Below, piece by piece: positions 1 through 14,300 of a stretch of 64,000 nt of DNA (position 1 is the first letter of the stretch; each line of letters opens with the position of its first letter). This DNA is from Piromyces finnis finn (Eukaryota; Fungi; Neocallimastigomycota), in the NCBI GenBank assembly GCA_002104945.1, contig MCFH01000042.1, forward strand, positions 1 through 64,000, read 5' to 3'. The translations under genes and the position numbers were made by a program. The notes beneath the pieces were generated by a model, which worked only from the letters and a program-made list of their open reading frames with translations, did not search any database and was not told the origin of the DNA.

Positions 1-2381
1 TTTTAAGGAAGTATTCCTTTGCAGATAAAGTATTGGTAATATTAGTTGATTTATGATGATAATGGTGATGATTAAGTGAAGGATGATGTGAATGACCAGC
101 ACCCGGGGTATAATGTGATACAAATGGGGATCCCATATAAAGTGGGGTTTGTGATCTAAAACTCATTTCATCATCCCTAGTATCATCGGTTTCAATGCCA
201 GAAGCATTATCATCTGGATGAATGTGATATTCCTCATTATGATTTGGGTTAGAAACATAATAATCATCTTCAATGGGTCTACCATTAAAAATGATATGGT
301 GGCCTAATTGTTGGAATATATTTCTAGCAGTACATATACCACTTGATCTATTTCTTAATAAATTATTCATAATACCATTATCACATAAATAGTTTCTATC
401 TTCTTCATTTGTCCAGAGGCGCTTAACCCCTGGATATCTTGTTAAGAATAAATATGAATCTTTATAACCAATTTGTTTAGCAGCATCTAATATAAACATA
501 TAAATTCTAGTTTTAGATCGATGAGGGAGGATAAAAGTACGAATATTATATTTCCTTCCTGTTATTATATTTCCAAACAGTATATTAAATATTATATTAT
601 ATAATATAATATGAATGCAATAATAATATAAATTAATATAAATAAATTTTAATATGTAGTAATAATTTTTTATTAATATATATATACTTCTATTTATAAA
701 TTATAATAATTATTGTATGAATTTTAAATTTGTATCATTTATTTAATAAAAAAAAAATGAAAATTAATATACCATTTTGTAGAACTCCATCAATATCAAC
801 CTTTTCATCACCTTTTGGATCAGATATTTCTTCTTCTAATATCATTTCTTCAGTTGTTTCTTCTTCCTCGTGTCTTCTTTGTAATAAAGCAGCATGTGAT
901 CTTGGGTTCATATGATTAATTACATTTGGATGTTTGTTCTTTTTTGGTCTACCCCTATGTTTCTATGTTTTTTTTTAAAATTATTATAGTTTAATTATTA
1001 TTATTATTATTAATTGTTATTATTTTTTAAAAAATGATAATAAAAATTATGCTTATAAAACATAATATATACATCTTTATTATAAATGAATATTGAAAAC
1101 ACTAATAATAACAAACTATGTTTTTATTATACTAACTTTAACTTCTGGTTCTGGTTCCGCTTTAATTTCTTTATCTCCAAGTATCTTATTTTCCGATTTC
1201 TCTACTGTTGATGTAGAACCGGCATTAGATATTATATCCTTAGATTCAGCTGATACTATTTGATTTGTTTCTTTGTTTTCTTCAATTTTAGAAACTTCTT
1301 TAACTTCGGGATCCACCGACTCTTTTTTTACTTTCTTTCTTCCCAATTTTGGTGGTCTTCCTCTTGGCTTTTGTCTTTCTGGTTCTGGTTCCACCTCTTC
1401 ATTATTATTTTGTTCAACTTCTTTATTTTCTTCTTCTGTTGCTTTTTTAATGGAATTTGATTTTTTTGTTGGGGATTGTAAATCCTCTTCATTTTCATTA
1501 CTTTCTAAATTCTTTTTATCATGTTTCAATGAGAAAGTAGTATTTTTCTTTTTTCCTTCTTGATTCTCTGATGTTGCAGAATTCTTAATTATCTTTAAAA
1601 TAGCTTCCTTCTTTGATTCTACACTAATTTCTTTTTTAGTTTCATTAAATTTCTTTTTATTAATAGCATCCTTATTATCGTTTTTATATTCTTCATTATT
1701 CTTCTTTTCTTTTCTACTTTTTTCTTTTTCTGTTTTATCTTCATTAGGTGATAATACTAAAATTGTCTTTTCATTTTTTGGTGAAGATAGTTTTTTACTA
1801 GATTCTGGTTCATTTTGACCTTCAACAGATGCTGAGTTTGGTGATGTTGAAGTACCTTTCTTTCTTTTATCATTCTTTATTTGAATTATTAATTTTTCCT
1901 TTTTCTTTTTAACATTTGTATTTTTAATTTGAATAATAATTTTTTCTTTCTTTTCTCCATTATTTTGTTCATTGATTTCATTTTCACTATTGTTACTACT
2001 TTGATTACTATAGCTACTATAACTACTGTGACTACTGTGGCTATGTTTATGTGAATGTTTATGTCCACTGTTATATTTTTCATCACTCTTTGCAGAATGA
2101 TCAGATGAGGATGAAGGTGATGTTAAATTATCTGTATTTAAAATAATTTTCTTCTGTCTTTTATTTGGTTTTCCAGATTGCTCTGCCTCTATTGGTATTG
2201 TTGATCTTTGCCGTTTTTTCACTATGGAAATAATTCAATATTTTATTAATTATATATTATAAATTAAAAAATTATATAATTTCATTCAAAATATAAAAAT
2301 TTAAATATAATTAAAAAATAAATACTATATCTTTTTTATTATTTTAAGATATAATTAATTGTCCATAAAACACTTACTCAT
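1..2381 (-). CDS. RSC7: Chromatin-remodelling complex subunit of the Rsc7/Npl6/Swp82 family (3' end runs off the window)
   Basis: Exons on the minus strand: 2381-2378 (ATGA|gtaagt), 2221-1137, 962-773 and 558-<1, all GT..AG and in frame. The spliced product reads DPKGDEKVDIDGVLQNG-RKYNIRTFILPHRSKTRIYMFILDAAKQIGYKDSYLFLTRYP...SSGICTARNIFQQLGHHIIFNGRPIEDDYY. This matches the CRC_subunit (Rsc7/Swp82) domain pattern DPKGE.KVD..G.L.GGREY...RTF.L...A...GYRDSYLF...TARS.F..FG..II.GG..V.DDYY. The N-terminal region is K/E/S-rich with two RGRP AT-hook-like motifs. The ORF track misses the conserved exon. Confidence 0.85.
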
Positions 2382-5343
2382 TATGATTTAATATATATAT
2401 TTAAAAGTAAAAAAAAAAAAAAAGTATTGTACCAAAAGAAAAATCTAAAATTAAAATTATATATAATTAGTTTTATTATTTAAAATTAATTGTTTCATTG
2501 TTTCTTCTTTTACAAAAACATTTTTAATTCATGTATAAATTTAATTTATTAAAAATAAAAAAAAAAGTTTTCAGTTTCAGTTTACTTAAAAAGAAAATAT
2601 ACGTTGTATATAGAAAATTTATTAAAATTTATTATTACTGGTATAATCAAAATGTTTATTAACAATCAATTAATATTTGTATTTAATAGTATATAATTTA
2701 TGTATATTCTAAATGCAATTAACATCAAAAAGTAGATGATATAAATAATATATCCCAATAATCTTCATTTTTTCTTTAATGATTTTGAAAATAATTAATT
2801 TGAAAACTTACATGATTTTTATTTTTTTTTTTTCCTATTATTATTATTATTGTTTATTATTAAAAATTAATAAATGATTATTTATTTATTACTTATATAT
2901 TTATTATTTATTAATATATTAAAAAAATAAAATCATTTCAATAATTTCTAATTAAATAAATTTTTATTCATTATGAAGAAGAGTTTTATAAAATATTAAA
3001 TTATATAATCTTTTATTTGATTGTGTTATTTTTTTTTAATTTACTTTATTATTATGTTAATTCAAGTAAAACTGAAAGGTGAAATATTAATTACCAAATG
3101 TTACGACTTTTATTTTCCCAAATTTTGGATGAATGTATTTTTAATTAAATTATATTTGTATAATTAATATGGTAATGAGATAATAACTTTTATACAATAA
3201 AAATAAAATATATTTAAAAAGTTATATATAAAATAAAGAATTTTTTTTTTAAAAAAATAATACATATTATATAAATTTTTAATCTATATTTAATTCATAT
3301 TAATATATATACTATATTATACTATATATAATACAGAATAAATTTTATTAATAATTTAAATTTACAATATATTTATTAATTTCAGGATTATAAAATACTT
3401 TTATTTTATTATCATAATTAACATTTTTATAGCAAATTGTCTTAGGGTGTTACAGCGACAAAATAATTAATTTTTATATGAATAAAAAAAATTTCTTTTA
3501 TAGTTTAAACAAAAAAAAAAAAAAGAGAGAACATTATTAGTTTTGAATTGGAAGAAATCGAAAATATAGACTAATACATTCTACCATTTCATTATAAATA
3601 TAAGTTTTTTTTTCTTTATTTTTATAACTAGAATACTAAATAAAATCAAAGTTGATAAATACATCAATACATTTATTTTTATATTCATAAATAAAAACAA
3701 ATATGTAGTATTTTTTTTAAAAAGATTAAAACTTTAATTAAAATATTTGTGTAATTTGAAAATAAAGTTTATTGATTTTAAAATATTACCTTTAGACTAA
3801 TTTATATTTAATATATGTATGTAAAATATAAAATAAAACCACAAAAAACTTTTATATTTTACTTCCCATTAATTGATTTAATTAATTTAATATTAATAAA
3901 AAATTGAACTAGGGATTATTATTAAATAATTGTTGAATTTTAAGTGTTATCATTGATAATGATTCATTATATATAATCATTTATATACTCATATTCGTTT
4001 ATATATAATAATAATTAAAACATATATTTTGTACACCCAATAGCTTTTATTTTTAAGATATTAATAAATACCTTTTGCATTACATATATTACTATAGTCA
4101 TAACTATTTATTTGGTTTTCATAACAAAAGTAAATCTTAACCTTTCAAATGTTTTTTTATATATTATTTTCCAATTCTTTATTTATAATTTCAAAAATGC
4201 AAAAATATAGATTAATATATATACATTAATTCATATAAACTAATTATTAATTATTTATTATTTAATTATTTTAAACATTTAAAAATATTATATATATTGA
4301 TGATTAATCTTTTTGCAGTGTTTTTTTCGTTTTTATTAATTCTAATAGTAATATAAGTAATAAGATTATAATCATGTGATTAAATATTATAGAATCTATT
4401 ACACTAATAAATAAATTAATGAAAAATCATGATAGAATTAATTTGATATTATTGGTTAATAGGTAAAAAAAAAATTAGCAAGAATAAAACAAAAAATTAA
4501 ATGAATTATTGTACACTACGAATTAAAGATAGGGAAAAGTATCATAGAGAAAACATCTCTGTCAATTCAATATAAAATAGAAATATAAAAAAGAAGCCAG
4601 TAATAATTTCTTTATATTTATATAAAATATTAATTTAAATATTTTTTCGAACATTATCCCTTTATATTTTTATTAAGTAAGGTTGATATTAATTATTGGC
4701 AAACATGTTATATTTAATAGTTTCAATTAAAACAATAATTAATAGTGAAATTAATAAATTAAAATATTAATCATAAATAATTCAGATATTGGTAAAAAAA
4801 AAAAGAAGAAAAATAATGTGATAAATAATTAAATATATTTTTAATCAAATTTTTTTTACTTCAGATAAATAATGCAATAAATAAAAGATTTCATCATCTC
4901 AATCATACATCTATTAGTAATTTATTAAAGCTTTATTTATTAATAAATTAATTTTAAATCATGAAATTGTTTTATAATAATTTATAGAAATGTATGTTAC
5001 AGTATTTATTACAAGTAGGGCTATACAAAAAAGTATCAATATATCAATATATATAATACCATAAATGAATTATAGTAATAATTTTATATAAAAATATACA
5101 TCAAGAAATATAAACTCCATTTATAATCATTTATGATAAATATTTTAATAGTAAATTATACTTTTGGTATAAATTATTAATAATGTACAATAATTAATTA
5201 ATTAATTAATTATTAAAAATTCTAGGAAAAGAAGATTTATATATATATATATATGAATTTTTAATTAGATTGTTTACTTATATTGTTTACTTATATTTAT
5301 TTATTTATTAAATCTATAGTTTATATAAATAATATAAAGCAAA

Positions 5344-7458
5344 ATGGGTATTTTGGAAAAGATTGCCGAAATCGAGAAGGAAATGTCTCGTACCCAAAAA
5401 AATAAGGCCACTGAATACCACATTGGTCTTTTAAAGGCTAAATTAGCTAGATACAGATCTATTTTATTAGAACCTACATCAAAGTCTGGAGGAAAAGGTG
5501 AAGGTTTTGATGTTATGAAGGTATTTTATTTTATTTTTTTTTTTAATTTTTGAATTAAATAAAAAAAATCGAATAAAAAATATAATATATCTAATTTTAA
5601 TTTCATAATTACAGTCTGGAGATGCTAGAGTTGCCATGATTGGTTTTCCTTCAGTTGGTAAATCTACTTTTTTGAGTAAAGCTACTGAAACTCGTTCTGA
5701 ATCTGCTAGTTATGAATTCACTACATTAACATGTATTCCAGGAAAAATTCATTACAAGGGGTAAATTACAATAAAAATATAAATTAAAAGAAATATATTT
5801 ATATAATATTGTTTAATAAAATTTTGTACTTTTATCATTATAATTGTTTTATTTTATTATTATAAATAAAAAAAATAATAGTGCCGACATTCAATTACTT
5901 GATCTTCCAGGTATTATTGAAGGTGCCGCTCAAGGTAAAGGTCGTGGTAGACAAGTAAGTATTTCTTAATGAAAAATTATTATTAAAGAATATTATATAT
6001 TTTTTTATTTATTTAAAACGCCGCAATAATATTATATTTTTAATTGTAAATCATAATATTTATTATTTTTAATTTCTATATTAAATAGGTCATTTCTGTT
6101 GCTAAAACTGCTGACTTAATTCTTATGATGCTTGATGCTTCAAAAGGTGCTAAACAAAAGGAATTATTAGAAAAGGAATTAGAATCTGTAGGTATAAGAT
6201 TAAATAGTCGTAAACCAAATATATATTTCAAGGTTAAGAAGGGTGGAGGTATTAGGTTAGCATATAAAAATATTAATTAAGCATCAACTTTTAAATTATA
6301 CAAGAATAAAATTAAATTATATATTTATATATTATTATATCATATAATTATTAATCTAATTAATTATCATCAAAATAAATCATAAATTTTATTATTTTTG
6401 TATACCAGTTTCAATTCCACTTGTAAATTAACTTACTTAAATGAAAAAATGGTTTATGTTATTCTTCATGACTATAAAATTCATAATGCTGAAGTTCTCG
6501 TTCGTGAAGATTGTACTGTTGATGAATTTATTGATGTCATTTTAGGAAACAGAAAGTATATTAATTGTTTATATTGTTATAATAAGATTGATCAAGTAAG
6601 CAAAACAACAATATTATTAATTATATATGTTATTTTAATTGTTCTAAATAAATCAGTATATTTAATAATATCTAATAATATATATTATATATAATTAGGT
6701 TTCACTTGAAGAAGTTGATAGAATTGCTAGGTAGATATTATTATAGAAATAATAACATTATTTTATATTCTATATATATAGATATATAGATTTATTTATT
6801 AGGTTTTATTAATTGATATTATAAAAAATCAAAACAAATTAAAATAGAGAACCAAATTCTGTTGTTTGTAGTTGTGAAATGAACTTAAATATGGATTACT
6901 TGATTGAAAAGATTTGGTCTACCTTAGATTTATTAAGAGTTTACACTAAGAGAAGAGGAGAAGTAATAATTAATCATTTATTTTCATTAGTTAAAAAAAT
7001 GAAATATAAAATAATAGTAATAATAATAATTTATATAATATTATTATATATTAAAATATTATCACAATAGTATCCAGATTTTGAAGGAGGTTTAATTTTA
7101 CGTAATAATTCTACTATTGAACATGTATGCCACCATATTCATCGTACTTTGGTTGATGACTTTAAATATGCTTTAGTTTGGGGAACAGTAATGCTATTTA
7201 AATAATTTATTATTTGTCATAAATAATTTAAACCATTTATTTATTTATTATTATTAATTTGATAAATAGAGCGCTAAACATCAACCACAACGTGTAGGTT
7301 TAAACCATGTAGTTGAAGCTGAAGGTGAATATGTCAAAGAATATATATATTATATCTAATATTTTTATTTTAAAAAATATTAATATATTAACATTTATTA
7401 TTATATATAATATAAATTATAAAATATAGATGTTATTCAAATTGTAAAAAAGATTTAA
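5344..7458 (+). CDS. DRG2: Developmentally regulated GTP-binding protein 2 (DRG2/Rbg2), 10 exons, 365 aa
   Basis: Exons 5344-5520, 5615-5760, 5882-5954, 6089-6255, 6409-6595, 6699-6730, 6848-6962, 7071-7187, 7270-7324 and 7430-7458 sum to 1098 nt. The N-terminus [38 protein letters not shown] is DRG2-type. It has G1 [10 protein letters not shown]2 YEFTTLT, G3 DLPGIIEG, G4 NKID and a C-terminal TGS domain ending DVIQIVKKI. Confidence 0.97.
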
Positions 7459-10400
7459 ACATTATTTTAGTATTATTTATATCCATTTACTCTGTCTATT
7501 TAATGTGTAATTAAAACAAAGCAAAAACAAAAAAAAGTAAAAAAAAAAAAAAAGAAGAAATTAATATAGAAATTTAAAGTTAAACAATTTATTTACTTAG
7601 CTATTACTTTTTTTAAAGAAAAATATTGGAGAAAATTTTTATATATTTAAATTATTAACAAAGTATAATTTATCATTATATGAATTTCTCATTACCAAAT
7701 TTTTATATTTAAAAAAATTAATAAATATAATAAAAAATATAAAAATAAATGAAATTTCAACAATTTATTATTTAATAGAAACTAAAAGGTAAAAGTATTT
7801 TTAACTATTTTTTTTTTTTTTTATTTTTCTTATTTATATCTTGTATAAATTAAAAGTTATATGAATTTTGATACTTATTATATATGGACTTATATATTGA
7901 AGATCCCAAAAAAAAGTTTATCTAATTTAACAAAAAAATATTAAATTCCTAAAGGGTTAACAAATGCTTATATTAATTTAATATGAATAATGTAAATCAA
8001 ATGACAATATTCAATAATTTAAATTATTATAAATGACTTTTATTATATATTTTATTATTTTTTTAACATTTTTTATTTTACTATCTAAATGATTTGTGTA
8101 TAAAATTTTATTGTACCACAATAATTATATATTATAGTTCAAATATTTAATGTTTTAATTAAATCTATGTATTATAAATGTAAACTGCTTTATTGTTTAT
8201 ACAATATGTATAAAAATAAAATATTTTGACATATTATTTTTTAATTGTACACTTACTTTTACATTACAGATATGGAGATATGGGTTGTAATAAATTTAAT
8301 AATAATTAAAATTGTAATACATATAAGTTACTTTTATTGGTTGTTTTTATTTTGTGTATCTTAAATACTTTGTAAAAGGTAAATACACATTTTTACAAAT
8401 TTTATTTTATAGTATATTAGAATTAATATGATTCATAAAAAAAAAAAACAATTCATATTGTTTTAGTATAAAATCTATAAATAGTTTTTGTCATACCAAC
8501 AACTTTTGTTAATATTATTTAATTATCAATATAAATTAATATATATTGAAATATATTATAACCATTATAATATATAATATCATTAATATTATATCTATAA
8601 ATTCCTATTCCTATAATTTCTAATTACTCTTCACTGTAAAAAAAATATTATGAATTTTAAGAATAAGTAATAATGGTATTACAAAAGAAAAATTAGTTTA
8701 TATAGAATGAATGATAAAACTCAATATTTTAAATTATTAATATGTAATTATGAATTTCATTTTTTATTATTACTGCATATTATATCTGTTTTTAACAGAA
8801 TAATATATTACTATTTATTAAATTTATACCATAATTTTTTTTTTATTATTAATATTCATCCTTTGTGTTTTATATTTTATATTTAAGTTGAAAAAAAATC
8901 ATTTAATTTAATATACAATGGCGAATAGTTTTGAAGATATAATCTATTTCGTAAACCTAATCCATGTAACATTAAAGACTGAAAAGGATGAATTTTATTA
9001 CCAAAAAAAAAAAAAAATATATATATATATAGATTATATTAAATTCTAATTAAAAGTTTTTTTAGATTTTTGGAGTATTGCCATAGCGAATAGAATTTAA
9101 ATTTATTACTACAATTTTTTTTTGTATTATATATTATAATAAAAGCAAAAATTAATTATTTATTTTTAATGTTTTTGTGATTTTTGTTTGTTTTATTACT
9201 ATTGCTAAATTCAACAAATCTAAATAATTTCAATTAATTTTTTTTAAAAAATAATAAAATAAATTCAAATGTCAATATATATTTAATTTTAACACTTAAA
9301 AACAAGAAAGACAAAAATATGAAATATATTTAACAATAGTATTAAAATAAGTTTTATTAAACATTTATTTTTTTTTTAATTTTAATTTATTAACCAAGAC
9401 TATTATTTTATTATCAAGTAGTATAATAGTCATTCATAAAACATTAAATAGTAATATAATTTAATACTTGTGATAAAATTTATAAATTTGATATCAAAGT
9501 AACTTTAGGAAAGTTATTTATAGTATAAAAATAAAGGTAAAAAAATAATTATATTTTTTAAATTACCTATTCTATTTATTATAGATTTAAGTAAATAAAA
9601 TCAAACAATAAGAAAAAATACAATAATAGCAATATATCAATAAAATTATTTTTGTAAATTTTAAAGTTAATTTAGTATCTTGATAAGTAGTAAAAAACCT
9701 TTACCAATAATAATAGATAAAGAAATGTTACGCCTTTTTTATTTTTAATTTTATATTATGTATGTTTTGTATATTATTTTTAATTTTTAGAAAATAATAT
9801 TCGAAATATACTTTCATATTTTTATTTTTTTTTTAATTTTAAATAAAATTTTAATTGGAAAACGGATAAATATACATCATAAAAATCATATATTAATTGA
9901 CAAACATACAAACTGATATAAATATCGAAAAGCAACTGATAGTATAAAAATTTGGAAGCAAAAGTTTGGAATTTGTAGTTCAATCGTAAATCGTAGATAT
10001 TCAAAGTCATTTTGATTAATTGATTCATTTGATTTAAAAGTAAGAATTCATTTTTATTATATATATATAGCAAATAAAAAGCTACCAAATTTTTAGGTTA
10101 ATGAAAAACTAATATTGATACACTTTAATTCATTATATTCAAAAATAATACAAAAACAAATATTTTTTTTTAAAAAAAGATATTAGATAAATAATTTATT
10201 ATTTGATAGCAAAGATTTTAATAAAATATTTAATATAGGAAAATGTTTTTTTATGTATTATTAAATAATGTAATTTTTATTTATATCTAACTTTTATTAA
10301 TATTTATATATTTTTTAGATAAAATTTTGAGACATATATAATTACATAAATAATACTCATTAAAGGCTCGCTTTAAAAGTGATATGAATATAATTTAAAC

Positions 10401-10578
10401 CACATATACCCAGTTTATCAACAACACACATCATTATTTATTTATTAATAAGTAAATTGCTATCTTTTTTTTGATAAAATTACAGTAGTAAAAAAATTTT
10501 TTTTGGTATACACTCCATAGAGCATATTTATATAATATATTTAATTTAAATTATTAAAAATCATTACTTTAATACAAC

Positions 10579-11350
10579 ATGGAAGATTCATACAATTCTA
10601 TTAATTATCCACAAAATGCATCAAAACAAACAAGGCCATCTATTTATTCGGATTTTCAAGCTAAAGAAATGAATAAAAGACATTCGAGCTATATACCAAA
10701 TGCATTTAATAATCAAAAAGATAAGATTGTTCAAGGGGATGAGAACAATCATTCAAATAAAACGAAATCATTTGCATCCTCAAAAAATGTTGATAATATA
10801 AGAACAAGTTTTGAAAATGGACAATATTATGAAAATATTTCATATCCATCTCGTTCTTCAATATCAACCGAAAGTCAAATATTAAATCCAATGAATGATA
10901 TAAAAATAAATACAAGGAGAAGGTCAAGTCGTATATCTTCATCATCATTTAATAGTATTATAAATGAGAATTATTTTTTAGAAATGAAAAATTATCAAAA
11001 TAGTATTGAAAATGGAAGAAATATTAGAATAATTAATAATTTAGATGATCAATATTCTAAAAGGGATTCACGTCTTTTTAATAGTAATAATAAACGTTGT
11101 AGTATTAATTTGAATAATCAAAGTCCTGTAATAATGGAAATCAATAAAGACATAAGAGCAAAAGAATTATTAGAGCAAGGATCCAATAGTGATATTTCTA
11201 TTAATAATCAATCTAGGATTAAAGTAAGTAAGAAGGAAAATTCTTTTTCTCAAAACTCAAATCATAATACCTTTGAAGATGATACTTTATTGGAACTATC
11301 TGTAAATTCATTAGAAATGTTGGGGTCTTATTTAAAAAATACATCTAGTG

Positions 11351-11381
<31 letters not shown>

Positions 11382-14300
11382 TTATAGTAGTATCAATAAT
11401 AAAAATGGAATATCTCTTTATGAAGAGAAACATTTAAATTATAAGCATTTGTCAGAAAATAATATTGGATATTATAATAAAAGAAATTCATCAATTATCT
11501 TACCATATCTAAAGTTAAATGAATTTATTGAGGATCAAGAAATTTCTGAAATGATAACTTCTATTAGTAAAACTTGGCCAGTAGAAAAATCAGGTTTTGT
11601 ATTGAGAAAAATGGTGTATTCAAACGGTGTTTATAAAAATATAAATAGTTTGCCAAGTAAAAATGAGAAAGAATCAACAATACCTTTAGGATACAAAGAA
11701 TTAAAGAATACTAATCAAAGTAAGAAGAAAGGTAGACATAAAAAAAATAAAAGTCACGACAATCATACAATAAATGGAATTAATAACAATGGTTTGGATG
11801 ATGATTTAGAAAACAAAGATTGGGAGTGGGGATTATTTTTTGTTGAACTTCGTGGACAGTATCTTTTTTTTTATCGTCTTTATAATGTTGATTCAAATTG
11901 GAAAAAAGAAGGTCATAGTAAATATAAAAGTAAGCCAGGTGCATTAGAGAATATTCGTAATGTATTTGTTGAGCGTATTATATCATTTGGTAGAAATAAA
12001 AAGAATTCAAATAATCATCCAAGTTCACCATCATCTGTAGAAAATAACGAATTGAACAAAAATTTTAAAGTTCACGAAAATATTCCAATGAATGAATATA
12101 ATTTTCAACAATATCAACGATATCAACTAAATCAGGTTATTTATCAAGATGATAAAATGTCTGTGTCAAAAAACAAACAATTAAATGTTTCACAAAATCA
12201 AGTTAAGCCAACGTTACAACAACAACTTTTAGCTTCTCAGAAGGTACTTCATCGTGAAAATCAAAATAAGAGTAATTCTTCATCTGTATCAAGATCATTT
12301 ACTTTTGCTAATATTACAACAACTAACTTAGATTCATATCATAGTGAACAAATAAATTCAGCTGCTAATAATAGTAATGATGAAAAAAATATTAATTCAA
12401 ATATAAACCAAAACTCACCTTCTGTTAAGTCGGAAAATCATCCATACCCAGCTAATTCCCCATCATTTTCAAATCGTCAGTATATAAATCCCAATTCACC
12501 TGGATTAAGCTCACCTTACCCATCACCATTAATTACTAACATGTCCTCATTTGGAAAAAACTATCCAAGTCAGTTAACCCCAAATAGTGTTCACTCCAAT
12601 AATGATATTGATTATACTCCCATTGTGGTTCCAACAGTATCTAACATAAACAATATAAAATCATGTTCTTATCCACAAATAACAAATTCAAATTCAATGT
12701 ATTGTCATGGTTCCAGTCCAATGGTGAATTCAGTATCAAATATATTAACTGATGATGAAGAAAATATTATAAAGGAGGGTATTCCAGATATGAGTAAAAT
12801 TTTACCTCCTCATGTAAATTCTGAAAGTGAAGGTTCTGTTATTTCTTTACCATTATCTACTCATAGTCTAAAAGAGGTAAATAAAACTCAAAGTTCATTG
12901 ATTAATACTACTACTCAAACAATTGAAACTAAAGTTATAAATACCAATATTACAAGTCAAGTTATTAGTGACATTGTTGATTCTTATCAACAGTCAGATG
13001 ATGATGAACAATCTGATAATAATAATGAATTAAATAAAAGTTCCACATTAAAATCCATAGCTTCAACGACTATTACTACTTCTAAAACTACTTCTATTTT
13101 ATCTTCTGTTTCAACTATTCCAAATTTATCACCTATAGAAAAAAGCCAAGATATTCAAGCAAAAATATCACCAATGAAAATAAGTGATTCGTTTACAAGT
13201 ATAAATCAACGTATTCAGATATCTATGAATGAAAAAAGTCAAGAATCTCAAGCTTTTTCTTCAACTAGTAAAACTAGTGATTCATTTACAAATATAAATC
13301 AAATTAATAGAATGTCAATAGTCGAAAAGAGTCAAGATTCTCAACTCTTTACATCTAATTCAAGAATTAGTGATTCATTTGCTAATATAAGTCATATCAG
13401 TCACCAAAGTATAGGGTCTTCAATGAATATTATAAATCATAAAATGAGTGCTGACTCTCACAATAGTATAAAAAATAAAAGAGGATCAAAAATACAAGTA
13501 TCTAATCAATCAATATTACAGCATTCTAATGATGGACATAAAACAGGATCTCCATATTTGAATTCTCCCAATGATCAATTATCAAATGATTCATTAATAA
13601 ACATTAATCAAGACCAAGGCTTTTATCAATCTGCTCGTAATATTCCTATTAATACAGCAAATACTGTAAAAGTAACAACTAAGAGAGAGTTATTAACTCC
13701 AGAAAGACGCCAATCAAAATCTCTTTCTTTGTCATCAGCTGAACCTTACATTTCTCATAATAGATATTATTATAATAATAGTAATAATAATAATAATGGA
13801 AATTCACCTATATCTACAATACCACCATCTATTCCAATGGTTCGCATATCAAATAATATTTCTCGAAGTGGATTTAAGCATTCTTATAATCATAAACAAA
13901 AACATAATTCCTCAAAGATAATTGGAAGACCAATTTTATCAATAGATGATGTTAATAATCCATTAGATTTATTGCGTGCTCATCGAGTTCTGGTTCATTA
14001 TATTCCCTTAAATTATTCAATTGTGGATCATCTTTCGTATACTGAAAGCAAAAATATTAATGAATGTTCTTATGAAAGAGATATACCTTTAATCTTGTTG
14101 ACATATGTGAATCAAGATAAATTATTTTCAAGTGCTTGTCAAGTATTATTACAAACAATTAGTATAGGTCCAAATTCAAATCCAAATATTTCTCTAAATT
14201 CAACTTTGGCTTCCTCTAGATTACAAAAGGTGGAATCCTTCAATAGTGATTCTTATAGTGCTTCAATTCCAGTATTGAATAATAAAAAGCAATCATATAA

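Noticed and set aside
730-2086. Track ORFs 730..915 (+), 1260..1460 (+), 1273..1563 (+) and 1889..2086 (-)
   Set aside because: Antisense or alternate-frame shadows of the low-complexity RSC7-like exons. The F/S/L-rich translations are what reverse-complemented K/E codons produce.
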